A program made the position numbers and the translations under genes. The notes beneath the pieces were generated by a model that did not search any database, was not told the origin of the DNA, and saw only the letters and a program-made list of their open reading frames with translations. From an uncultured Gammaproteobacteria bacterium (GTDB lineage Bacteria; Pseudomonadota; Gammaproteobacteria; GCA-001735895), in the NCBI GenBank assembly GCA_945787265.1, contig CALZHS010000023.1, positions 1 through 25,863 of the forward strand: DNA of 25,863 nt. The letters are read 5' to 3'. How positions within the stretch are numbered: the stretch's first letter is position 1; the number at the start of each line of letters is the position of its first letter. Positions 1 through 9,003 of the stretch are shown here, in pieces.

Positions 1-297
1 CGCAAAGTAGAGTAGCCCCAGACTGACAATTCCGCTCAGGCTGCGAATAGCGTGATCCAGTGGGCGACGGGTGGCAAGTGCGGTCAAACCAGCAGTCGAA
101 AACAGGATAACCCAGAAAAATCCGCTCGCGAACAGGTAGCGGAATAACATGACCTCGCCCAGGGGGTATTCCCGGTTAACCAGTTCGCGAACCGCGGCAC
201 TCAGCAATGCCATCAGCAGCATGTTTCCAATAAAGGTCGCTATCCCGAGCGAGGGGTGGTCGTGGTGTCTGTTAACCAGGCTGGAAGATAATGCCAT
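1..297 (-). CDS. EamA/DMT family transporter, N-terminal part (runs off the window start; not in the ORF track)
   Basis: Manual translation from ATG at 297: MALSSSLVNRHHDHPSLGIATFIGNMLLMALLSAAVRELVNREYPLGEVMLFRYLFASGFFWVILFSTAGLTALATRRPLDHAIRSLSGIVSLGLLYFA. The hydrophobic helices and the EVMLFRY and H-x-x-R-S patterns are typical of EamA/DMT proteins. Confidence 0.8.
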   Translation of the reverse strand, partial: MALSSSLVNRHHDHPSLGIATFIGNMLLMALLSAAVRELVNREYPLGEVMLFRYLFASGFFWVILFSTAGLTALATRRPLDHAIRSLSGIVSLGLLYFA

Positions 298-429
298 TTA
301 GCGGTCTCGAGTCAGGCTTTCTTGCTTATCGCAGGTAGGCCAACAGACCGCGAAGTATACTCAATCCAACCTCGCGCCGATACGTTGACTAACGCTATCG
401 CCTCGGCACACCGCAGCCTGGGAGATTAA

Positions 430-1929
430 CTAAGTGGAGGCTTCAGCTTTGAAAAAGCCGAAGTTATTTTTCCCCTGGCGCTTGATCTGGTACATCGCCT
501 TATCCGCCGATCGTATCAACGCTTCAGCGGTCGTGCCATTTTCCGGGTATACCGAAATACCGATGCTTGCGCTAACCGATACCTCGACTTTTTCAACCCG
601 AATGGGTTGTATGATTTGCTTGATCAGGCCGGCAGCAATGCGCTCGGCAACCACAAGCTCCGGCAGGCTTGACAGAATGATAATGAACTCGTCACCACCA
701 ATACGTGCCACGGTATCCGTTTCACGAATTTCAGCCTTGATACGAAGCGCAGTAGCCTGTAATACCAGGTCACCGAGTTCATGGCCATGCTCATCATTAA
801 CTGCCTTGAATCCATCAAGATCCAGGAACATGACCGCTGACATCTGTCCCGTGCGCCGCGCCTCGGCGAGCGACTGATCAAGCCGGTCCTTGCAAAGACG
901 CAGACTCGGTAGTCCGGTCAGGGCGTCATGGTTCGCCAGGAAATGAAGCTCGGCGGCGATTTTTTCACGTTCCTTTATCTCGCCTTCGAGTTGTTTCACC
1001 GTATCTGCGAGTTTACGCGTGCGGCTTTTTACCATTGCCTCAAGCGAATCACGGGCTTCCCGCAGGCTCATTTCGGTCTGGGTTTGCTGGGTAATATCCT
1101 GCACCACGCCAATCGACTGAATCACGTCACCAGTTGCAGAGCGCAATGCGGTAGCCTGCTCGCGCACCCAGCGCATCTCGCCATCGGACCGGTGTATCCG
1201 GTACTCCACGCTGTAATCTTCGCCGTTCTGCTCATGCCCGCTGTAAATTTCCATCAGGTTCACCTGGTCTTCAGGATGAACATCTTCAATATAGTCTGCC
1301 CGTGAAGAAACCATGCTCTGGTATTCATCAACCGAGGAACCGTGGATCCTGGCGAAACCCTCGCTGAGATCGGCATAGGTTGCGGTGATCGGGTCATAGG
1401 TGAAATGACCGATATCGGTAATCGCCTCGACCTGCTGCGCGATAGCGTCACGGTGCTCAAGCTTTTGCTGGTAAATTTTACGTTCGGTAATGTCCTGCAA
1501 CAGGCAAAACGAGGAGCTTATTTCGCCATTTTCATCCTTTTCGATCATGCCAATTTCGTAGATGAACCTGACCTCGCCATCGTTACGCAAAATCCGATAC
1601 TCGATATCGTGCGCACCGGCGTCTCCCTGTGAATTATAGGATTCGGTATAAAACGCCCGGTCCTCCGGATGCACGGTATTGAGCATGAGGTCCCAGGCAT
1701 TCTGCGACTGCATTATCTCCGCAACGGTCCGATCGAATATACCGGCATAGCCGTTGGAGCAGGATTTGAGAAGCCCGGTTCCAAAGTCCCACTGGCAGTG
1801 CCCAATATGCGCCACTTGCTCGGTCGCATCAAGAAACAGTTCCTGATGGCGCAGTCTTTCAACTTCAGCTTCGAGTTTAGAAGTATCCGGGTAATGCTTT
1901 GTTTCTGCGGGCAGGCTTAAATCGTTCAT
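430..1929 (-). CDS. Diguanylate cyclase, 2x PAS/PAC + coiled coil + GGDEF
   Basis: Two PAS_3-like modules (VHPEDR, EYRI..DGE.R, QDIT), then HDALTGL, DLDGFKAVNDEHGH, an RETD I-site five residues before an intact GGDEF, and ADKAMYQIK. No transmembrane segment is seen. Confidence 0.93.
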   Translation of the reverse strand: MNDLSLPAETKHYPDTSKLEAEVERLRHQELFLDATEQVAHIGHCQWDFGTGLLKSCSNGYAGIFDRTVAEIMQSQNAWDLMLNTVHPEDRAFYTESYNSQGDAGAHDIEYRILRNDGEVRFIYEIGMIEKDENGEISSSFCLLQDITERKIYQQKLEHRDAIAQQVEAITDIGHFTYDPITATYADLSEGFARIHGSSVDEYQSMVSSRADYIEDVHPEDQVNLMEIYSGHEQNGEDYSVEYRIHRSDGEMRWVREQATALRSATGDVIQSIGVVQDITQQTQTEMSLREARDSLEAMVKSRTRKLADTVKQLEGEIKEREKIAAELHFLANHDALTGLPSLRLCKDRLDQSLAEARRTGQMSAVMFLDLDGFKAVNDEHGHELGDLVLQATALRIKAEIRETDTVARIGGDEFIIILSSLPELVVAERIAAGLIKQIIQPIRVEKVEVSVSASIGISVYPENGTTAEALIRSADKAMYQIKRQGKNNFGFFKAEAST

Positions 1930-1961
1930 GTTTTGGCTAAATCGAATTTGTACATTAAAAA

Positions 1962-3947
1962 CTAGAGACTCACAGAATCCACAAATCCGAAACTGTTCTT
2001 GCCCTTACGCTTGATTTCGTACATGGCCTTGTCAGCGGCGCGGATTAATTTTTCGGCGGTGGTGCCGTGCTCGGGATAGAGTGAAATGCCGATACTCGCG
2101 GTTATCGTGACTTCAACGTCTTTGATTTTAAGAGGTTTCGCAACCTGCTCGATCACGGTTGCCGCAATTCGTTCCGCGATCGCTGTTTCCGGCAGACTGG
2201 ACAGGATAATAACAAACTCGTCTCCACCGATTCGCGCAACCGTATCCGTTTCGCGAATTTCTGACTTGATACGATCCGCGGTCGTCTTTAATACCATGTC
2301 CCCGAAATCATGGCCGTACTGATCATTGATTTCCTTGAATCCATCCAGGTCCACGAACATAACCGCCGAGGTTTGACGATTACGGCGGGCTTCTGCCAGG
2401 GACTGGTCGAGGCGGTCTTTGCACAGGCGCAAACTCGGCAGCCCGGTGAGAGCATCGTGGTTGGCCAGGAAGTCCAGTTCGGCCGCAATTTTTTCACGTT
2501 CTTCAATTTCGACCTGCAGCTGCTTGACGGTATTCGCCAGTTCGCGGGTACGTTCAACAACCTGCTGCTCGAGCGAATCTCTGGCACCTATGATTTCCTG
2601 CTCGGACTGCTTTTGCCGGGTGATATCCTGCAGCACGCCGATCGATTGCTCCGGTATGCCGTGCGTCATCAGGTAGGCCCGACCTGTCTCGCGCACCCAG
2701 CGCAGCTCCCCGTCAGCGCGCCTGAGACGGAACTCCACCTGCCAATCACCCCCCTCGGAAAGAAACTTGTCGTATGCCTTTTGTACCCGGGCAAGATCAT
2801 CGGCGTATATTATTTCGCTGGACCCCTCGGTTGACACAAGCCGGGTGACAATCTGCTCACAGTCTATACCGTAGATACGAGCCAGGCCTGGACTTACGAA
2901 GAGGTACTTCTGCTTGATTTCATCGTAGATAAAGTGCCCAATCTCGGTGATCGCCTCGGCCTGGTTAGCCAGCGCATCCTTGTACAGCAGTTCCTGTTCG
3001 CGTGCGACGCGCTCGGTGATATCCTGAATTACCCCGAGTGTCTGCCGCACCCGTCCGTCACTAAATAGCTTGGCCCGGGTAAGTTCGCGCACCCAGCGGA
3101 TTGAACCATCGGTGCGCTTGATGCGAAATTCCAGCGCGCAATCCTGCCCCGTTTCTTTGTAATGCTCATATTCGTCGGCCACTCGCTGGCGATCCTCGCC
3201 AACAATATCTGCAAGATCGTCTTCGACGCTGCGCATTTTTTCCTGGTAAGCCTCGGCCGTGGTTCCGAAAATGCGCGCACAGCCATCACTCAGGTAGACA
3301 TAGCGCTCCTTGTCCTCATCGTAGATAAAATGACCGATGTCGGTGATGGCTTCGGTCTGGCTTGCGAGCTCATCACGATACTCCAGGTCACGTTCGTACC
3401 TGACCTGGTCAGAGACGTCCTGCATGATCCCGAAGCTACCGTGCTCGATCCCATCGTCATCAGTTACGATGACCGCGAATTCGCGGATATGCTTTATCGT
3501 GCCATTATCCAGTACGATTCGATAACGGGCATCCAATGTCTTTCTATCCCGTAATGCCTCCCAGCCTTGCCGGTACTGTTCCTGGTCATCGGGATGGACT
3601 TGCTGCACTGTTTTTTCCCAACTGTCCTGATAGGCCAGTACCTCTTTGACGCTCATATCGTAGAGACTTGCATACTCCTTCGAACAGGATTCAAGCCGAT
3701 CATGCTGGTAGTTCCACTCGTAGTGACCAATCTTTGCCGCCTGCTCGGTTGCGTCAAACAGGCTTTCACGACGCCTCAGCCTCCCCAGTTCGACCTCGAG
3801 CTCTTCCCGGGTCAGACTAGAAAACTCTGTTGCTGGTGCTTGCTGTGCCTGCGCTACCGCTAACGCATCTATTGACGGCATGTAATACCCGGTTAACTTT
3901 GCTTTCGTATAAGCATCAAGTATAGGAGTGATACCCTGTTTTTCCAT
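1962..3947 (-). CDS. Diguanylate cyclase, 3x PAS/PAC + coiled coil + GGDEF (paralog of 430-1929)
   Basis: Three PAS modules, DLDGFKEINDQYGH, RETD I-site and GGDEF. The start may instead be the ATG at 3881 (MPSIDA). Confidence 0.93.
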   Translation of the reverse strand: MEKQGITPILDAYTKAKLTGYYMPSIDALAVAQAQQAPATEFSSLTREELEVELGRLRRRESLFDATEQAAKIGHYEWNYQHDRLESCSKEYASLYDMSVKEVLAYQDSWEKTVQQVHPDDQEQYRQGWEALRDRKTLDARYRIVLDNGTIKHIREFAVIVTDDDGIEHGSFGIMQDVSDQVRYERDLEYRDELASQTEAITDIGHFIYDEDKERYVYLSDGCARIFGTTAEAYQEKMRSVEDDLADIVGEDRQRVADEYEHYKETGQDCALEFRIKRTDGSIRWVRELTRAKLFSDGRVRQTLGVIQDITERVAREQELLYKDALANQAEAITEIGHFIYDEIKQKYLFVSPGLARIYGIDCEQIVTRLVSTEGSSEIIYADDLARVQKAYDKFLSEGGDWQVEFRLRRADGELRWVRETGRAYLMTHGIPEQSIGVLQDITRQKQSEQEIIGARDSLEQQVVERTRELANTVKQLQVEIEEREKIAAELDFLANHDALTGLPSLRLCKDRLDQSLAEARRNRQTSAVMFVDLDGFKEINDQYGHDFGDMVLKTTADRIKSEIRETDTVARIGGDEFVIILSSLPETAIAERIAATVIEQVAKPLKIKDVEVTITASIGISLYPEHGTTAEKLIRAADKAMYEIKRKGKNSFGFVDSVSL

Positions 3948-4039
3948 GTACCGGGCGCTTTGCCGGACTTATGCCGAAGTGATAAAAATCCTGCGCTGTA
4001 GCATAATTCAGGCTGGCATCGGTAACCGGCAACCAGGCT

Positions 4040-5437
4040 ATGAACCATCCGGCAGCGAAACTATCCCCGCGGGAACCCCTGATCGAGCGCCTGCGCGCTA
4101 TCCTCGGTGACCGGGTCAGCACCAGCAGCTCGGTACTCGAGCAGCACGGACGCGGTGAATCCTGGCATCCCGTGCACAAGCCCGATGCGGTTTGTTTCGT
4201 GCAAAGCACCGACGAAGTCGCTGCCATTGTCAAGCTCTGCGCCGAGACCGCAACACCGGTGATCGCGTTTGGTACCGGCACCTCGCTTGAAGGCCAGGTG
4301 CAGGCCGTACAGGGCGGCATTTGCATCGATCTCTCGCAGATGAATCAAGTTCTCGAAGTCAGTAACGAGGATATGGACTGTCGCGTAGAGGCTGGTGTCA
4401 CGCGTCGTCAACTCAACCAGTACCTGCACGATACCGGGTTGTTCTTCCCGATCGACCCCGGTGCCGATACCTCGATCGGCGGCATGGCGGCAACGCGGGC
4501 TTCCGGAACCAACGCGGTGCGCTACGGCACCATGCGCGAAAACGTGCTCGGTCTGACCGTGGTTACCGCCAACGGCGAGATCATCAAAACCGGAACCCGT
4601 GCACGTAAATCCGCGGCCGGCTACGACCTGACGCGCCTCTTTGTCGGCTCCGAGGGTACGCTCGGCGTGATCACCGAGCTTGGCCTGCGACTCTATGGCC
4701 TGACGGAGGCCATTTCGGCCGCTACCGTTAATTTTCCCGACGTACGTTCGGCCGCGGAAGCGACGATTCAGACCATCCAGATGGGCATCCCGATGGCGCG
4801 CATCGAAATTGTCGACAGCGCCTATATAAAGGCGATCAACGCCTACAGTAAAACCGATTACCCGGAGCTCGATACGCTGTTCCTCGAATTCCACGGCACC
4901 CGTGCCGGCGTTGCCGAGCAGGTACAGATGTTTAACGAGATATCACAGGACTTCGGCGCGACCGGATTTCAATGGGCGGAGAAAGAGGAAGATCGCAATC
5001 GACTCTGGCGCGCTCGACATGACGCCTACTACGCGGGTCTCGCCGTTTACCCGGGCTACCGTGGCTACGTTACCGATATTTGCGTACCGATTTCACGGCT
5101 TGCAGACTGTATCGCCGAGACCCAGGCGGACATCGCCGCATCCGGTTTGTTTGCACCCGTTATTGGCCATGTCGGCGACGGTAATTTTCACGCCACCATG
5201 TTCATCGATCCAGACGATGATGCCATGCTTGCCAAAGCGCTCGAACTGGACCATCGCATGGTGCAGCGGGCGCTGGACATGGGCGGCACCTGCACGGGTG
5301 AACACGGCATCGGCATGGGGAAGTTAAAGCATATGCGCAACGAGCACGGTGACGGCGCCGTGGACGTGATGAAAGCGATCAAGACGGCACTGGACCCACA
5401 AAATATCATGAACCCGGGCAAGATTGTCGATTGCTAG
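4040..5437 (+). CDS. FAD-linked oxidase, D-lactate dehydrogenase (cytochrome)/GlcD family
   Basis: FAD-binding segment PIDPGADTSIGGMAATRASGTNAVRYG, plus FVGSEGTLGVIT, HVGDGNFH and the C-terminal TGEHGIGMGK motif. Confidence 0.88.
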   Translation: MNHPAAKLSPREPLIERLRAILGDRVSTSSSVLEQHGRGESWHPVHKPDAVCFVQSTDEVAAIVKLCAETATPVIAFGTGTSLEGQVQAVQGGICIDLSQMNQVLEVSNEDMDCRVEAGVTRRQLNQYLHDTGLFFPIDPGADTSIGGMAATRASGTNAVRYGTMRENVLGLTVVTANGEIIKTGTRARKSAAGYDLTRLFVGSEGTLGVITELGLRLYGLTEAISAATVNFPDVRSAAEATIQTIQMGIPMARIEIVDSAYIKAINAYSKTDYPELDTLFLEFHGTRAGVAEQVQMFNEISQDFGATGFQWAEKEEDRNRLWRARHDAYYAGLAVYPGYRGYVTDICVPISRLADCIAETQADIAASGLFAPVIGHVGDGNFHATMFIDPDDDAMLAKALELDHRMVQRALDMGGTCTGEHGIGMGKLKHMRNEHGDGAVDVMKAIKTALDPQNIMNPGKIVDC

Positions 5438-6024
5438 CGAGTCTCGATCCCCTGTTCCGCGACGTGTTGCTGCAGCTGCGGGTAAAACTCGAAAAAACCT
5501 TCACGTATCGATACATGATTGCGCTGTAAATCCTCGATCGCGTTGTCAAACTTGTTGGCGAAACGGATGCGCCCCGCGACCCGGTCAAGTGATTCGGCAA
5601 CGGCGTCAAGATCGCGGTAAGACCCAAACCAGTCATAATCGATCATGCGTTGGGTAGCGCGGCGCATGTTGTCGTGTGGCATCATTTCCTGACCTTCGTC
5701 CATACGTTGGTAAAACCCGGTAATCAATTCTTCCAGGCCGCGCCCCTCGAACCGGTCCCAGTGATTAAGCAGCAGATGATCAAAATAGATGTCCAGCGCG
5801 ATGCCTGCAAAACGGCGGCGCCTGGTACTGAAGCCCCGTTTCATCTCCATCACCAGCGGGTGGGAGTCGGTAAACCGGTCAACCATGCGATGATTGCATA
5901 GTCCTGCCTGAACTGGCGCTGGCAGTGAAGCCTGGTCGACACCCCGTGCAAAATCGCCGAGCAGGTTGCCGACCGTCGATTCGACCGTGGGCTGCGCCAA
6001 CACCAGGTGTGCAAAGTGATTCAT
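5434..6024 (-). CDS. acpH: Acyl carrier protein phosphodiesterase
   Basis: MNHFAHL, GNLLGDF, HRMVDRFTDSHP and DIYFDHLL are the HD-fold motifs of the AcpH/YajB family. The length is 196 aa. Confidence 0.9.
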   Translation of the reverse strand: MNHFAHLVLAQPTVESTVGNLLGDFARGVDQASLPAPVQAGLCNHRMVDRFTDSHPLVMEMKRGFSTRRRRFAGIALDIYFDHLLLNHWDRFEGRGLEELITGFYQRMDEGQEMMPHDNMRRATQRMIDYDWFGSYRDLDAVAESLDRVAGRIRFANKFDNAIEDLQRNHVSIREGFFEFYPQLQQHVAEQGIETR

Positions 6025-6136
6025 GGCCGCTACTATAAATCAAAAACTTGCATCGAGGCGATCGGGAAAAATGTATTGCGAGGACCAGTTTCCTGCGCTT
6101 TAATCCGCTGTTAACCCAGTCCAGCAGGAACGAACC

Positions 6137-6913
6137 ATGTCTATATCCGCCGTCGATACCCGTTCTGTGACCCCCGAGAGTGATCCGCATTACGAGGACC
6201 GAATCAACCTCGCCGCGGTCTTTCGCATGACCGCCAGGCTCGATATGCATGAGTCGGTGGCCAATCATTTCAGCTATGCGGTATCAGAAGACGGTAGCCA
6301 ATTCCTGGTAAATCCACTGGGACGTCATTTTTCCAATGTGCGTGCCAGCGAACTGTTACTGCTCGACGCCAATGATGACACTACCATGAACAAGCCCAAC
6401 GCGCCTGACCCGACCGCCTGGGCAATTCACAGCGCCATGCATCGCAACGTACCGCAGGCTCGCTGCGTGCTGCACGTACACTCGAAGTACGCCACCGTGC
6501 TGGCATCGATACAGCAGGACGGTCTGCCGCCCATTGATCAGAACACGATGCGTTTCTTCAACCGGGTATCGGTTGACGACGGCTTTGACGGTATGGGGCT
6601 CGGCGACGAGGCCGAACGGTTGAGCACTACCCTGGGCGATAACCGGGTTTTGATCATGGGTAATCACGGCGTGATGACGGTCGGCGAAACCATCGCGATT
6701 GCATTCGACGAGCTCTACTATTTCGAACGCGCCTGCTGCAACTACATTACCGCGTTAATGACCGGCAAACCGTTGCGCGTTGTCAGCGATGCCGTGGCCG
6801 AGAAAACGGCGGGCCAGTGGGATGATTATATAAACCATTCCCGTTATGCCGAGGTTCACCTGCAGGAAGTACGCGCTATCCTCGATCGCGAAGAACCTGA
6901 TTACAAACTGTAA
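6137..6913 (+). CDS. Class II aldolase/adducin family protein (substrate unknown)
   Basis: ANHFS, FLVNP.G..F, IHSAMH, HVHS and NHG zinc-binding His pattern. An AGGA RBS lies upstream. Confidence 0.9.
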   Translation: MSISAVDTRSVTPESDPHYEDRINLAAVFRMTARLDMHESVANHFSYAVSEDGSQFLVNPLGRHFSNVRASELLLLDANDDTTMNKPNAPDPTAWAIHSAMHRNVPQARCVLHVHSKYATVLASIQQDGLPPIDQNTMRFFNRVSVDDGFDGMGLGDEAERLSTTLGDNRVLIMGNHGVMTVGETIAIAFDELYYFERACCNYITALMTGKPLRVVSDAVAEKTAGQWDDYINHSRYAEVHLQEVRAILDREEPDYKL

Positions 6914-6942
6914 CCAGTAGCGACCGAGACCAGGAACAAGCC

Positions 6943-7087
6943 GACGCCCACCAACGCAGCCTCGTCGGGCTTCTTCATCGATAACGTGATCGAATGTCCG
7001 CTGCACCGGGGACGCTTCGACGTGCGTAGCGGCAAGGCGTTGAGCGCCCCGGTTTACATCGACCTGCAAACCTTCCCCGTGCAAATA
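6943..7087 (+). pseudogene. Remnant of a Rieske [2Fe-2S] ferredoxin (MocE/NDO-ferredoxin type)
   Basis: The frame continuing after the aldolase stop reads GFFIDNVIECPLHRGRFDVRSGKALSAPVYIDLQTFPVQI, which is the second Rieske box (C-P-x-H-x-G-x-F-D). The first box survives only as a degenerate, frame-shifted D-A-H-Q-R at 6943-6957. There is no start codon. Confidence 0.8.
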
Positions 7088-7171
7088 CTTTATAAATACT
7101 GGTCCCGCAAAAGTTGGCATCCTTCAGAACTTTAATCACGGGAATATCCTGCGGCTCCCCGGGAGGATGGC

Positions 7172-8965
7172 TTAGTCGGGTAATCCTGCCTTGCCCAGAC
7201 CGTCGAGCATCATGTTGAGTGTGTCCTGGTCACGTATCGGCCAGAGTTTGCGTAGCCGTGATACCGTCACCCCCGGAGACAAATCCACAAGCTTTGCGAC
7301 CGCAGCACGAGCCTCTTCGATCCGGTTCAGCTGCACCAGCGCGGGGGCCAGAATCCGGTAAGTCGTATCCCAGTCTGGATACATACGTGCCGATTTCATT
7401 GCCAGTTCGCAGGCCTCGGTCGGTCGGCCACACATCAGATGACTCATTGCCGCCGCCGTAAAGAAAAAGAATGCACCGGGGTCTCCGGGGCTCACGCGAA
7501 TAGCCTCTTCAATGCAGCTGAGACCCTCAGCCGGATTGCCACAGATGTTAAGCGCGGCACCGACCAGAAACGAGACAAACGCAATATTGGGATTGAGCTC
7601 ACGGGCGCGATAGATGGCCTCGAGACCCTGGTTATAGTCGCGCGCAATCATCACCAGCGTAAAGCCTGCAAACACCAGTACCACGGCGTCGTCTCTATCC
7701 GCGGCAATGGCCCGGCGTGCCAGCGTGACCGCCGCCCCTGCATCATCGTTCCCATACGCGCCCCAGGCTCGCGTCACGCGTTCTTCGTAGCCCCAGGCGA
7801 GGTAAGCCAGCGCAAGCGCATAGTTTGGGTCGAGTTCGATGGCCTGGTGCAAAAGCTTTAAAGCCTGCTCGTTTGGTTCCGGCCTGATGGCGTAAAGATG
7901 TGGCAGGGCCTGTAAAAACAGATCATATGCGCCGATATCGGTGGGCGGTTTTCGTTTCGAGCGCTCGATTTCAGCTAAACGCAATGAAGGCTCGATGGCA
8001 CCCACAACACTTTCCGTGATTCTGTCCTGGAGCGCGAATACGTCCTCGAGGTCGCCGTCGTATCGATCGGCCCACAGGTGGGCTCCCGATTCTGCATCTA
8101 TGAGCTGACCCGTGATGCGCAGCTTATTGCCACCCTTGCGTACACTTCCCTCCAGCACGTAACGAACCCCCAGCTCGCTGGCGATCTCGCGGATATCGAC
8201 GTGGCGCCCTTTGTAAGCAAAGCTGGAATTGCGCGCGATAACAAACCATTGTTTGATGTGCGAGAGCGCGGTGATGATGTCTTCGGCGATACCATCGGCA
8301 AAGTATTCCTGTTCCGGGTCATTGCTCATGTTGGCGAACGGCAGCACGGCGATCGACGGAATGTCGGTGGTCCGTGGGCTACCGGGCTGTGAAGTTGGAG
8401 GCTTTTTAACGGCTTCCGCCTCGGGTAACGCCTCACCCTGTCGCAGGCTCGCCGTAAAAGCTCGGACCGGTTGATCAAAACCCTTCAGCACCTGCTCGCC
8501 GAGACTTTTAAAATCAAAAGGCATTCGGGTTGGTACGGTCTCCGATATGCTGCCTTGAACCACGACGCCACCCGGTTCGGCCAGCTGCTCGAGACGCTGC
8601 GCCAGGACCACGCCCGCACCTGTTATCGTACCGTCAGCAACAACCACTTCACCGAGGCTGATACCAATTCGCAATTCGGGTCGAATATCGTCAACGAGGG
8701 TTATATTTAACGCGGCATTCTGGGCCTGGAATGCGAGACTGGCCGCTACCGCATCCGACGCCCGCTCAAACTCGGCGACGAGCGCATCCCCGCGCAACTC
8801 GTGGGCTACACCTCCATAAGCTGCAATGGCACCAGCGAATTGATGGAAAGCCGTCTGCATACGTTCATGAGCGATGGTTTCGTCGCGCTGGACCAGCGTT
8901 GTAGAGCCGACGACATCGGCGTGCAAAATGACCGCCAACTTGCGAGAAAGGGGATTCTTTTCCAT
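7172..8965 (-). CDS. Class III nucleotide cyclase domain + TolB-like domain + TPR repeats
   Basis: ILHADVVGST and RGDALVAEF (metal Asp residues), LRIGISLGEV, PSIAVLPFANMSNDPEQEYFADGIAEDII (TolB_N-like) and AYDLFL followed by TPR helices. This is the architecture of the expanded rhizobial-type cyclases. Confidence 0.92.
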   Translation of the reverse strand: MEKNPLSRKLAVILHADVVGSTTLVQRDETIAHERMQTAFHQFAGAIAAYGGVAHELRGDALVAEFERASDAVAASLAFQAQNAALNITLVDDIRPELRIGISLGEVVVADGTITGAGVVLAQRLEQLAEPGGVVVQGSISETVPTRMPFDFKSLGEQVLKGFDQPVRAFTASLRQGEALPEAEAVKKPPTSQPGSPRTTDIPSIAVLPFANMSNDPEQEYFADGIAEDIITALSHIKQWFVIARNSSFAYKGRHVDIREIASELGVRYVLEGSVRKGGNKLRITGQLIDAESGAHLWADRYDGDLEDVFALQDRITESVVGAIEPSLRLAEIERSKRKPPTDIGAYDLFLQALPHLYAIRPEPNEQALKLLHQAIELDPNYALALAYLAWGYEERVTRAWGAYGNDDAGAAVTLARRAIAADRDDAVVLVFAGFTLVMIARDYNQGLEAIYRARELNPNIAFVSFLVGAALNICGNPAEGLSCIEEAIRVSPGDPGAFFFFTAAAMSHLMCGRPTEACELAMKSARMYPDWDTTYRILAPALVQLNRIEEARAAVAKLVDLSPGVTVSRLRKLWPIRDQDTLNMMLDGLGKAGLPD

Positions 8966-9003
8966 ATGAACGCCCAGTTTATATCATGTAACCAATACAA
9001 AAA

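Noticed and set aside
370-410. Hairpin between the diguanylate cyclase and the EamA gene (GAUAGCGUU-AGUC-AACGUAUC on the minus strand)
   Set aside because: It is a modest bulged stem with no U tract, not enough to call a terminator or RNA motif.
4061-4894. Long antisense or alternative-frame ORFs (e.g. 4061..4894, 19836..20567, 24834..25505, 2310..2834, 13379..13840)
   Set aside because: They lie opposite well-supported genes, carry no recognisable motifs, and are expected by chance in GC-rich coding DNA.
4040-5437. D-lactate dehydrogenase as part of an acrylate-to-lactate route for the DddP product
   Set aside because: It lies about 19 kb from dddP with no acryloyl-CoA hydratase or lactyl-CoA genes in the window, so nothing in the sequence supports the link.
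6911-6916. Programmed stop-codon readthrough producing an aldolase-Rieske fusion
   Set aside because: TAA is the least leaky stop, and the in-frame extension lacks the first C-x-H ligand pair, so it could not bind a cluster.
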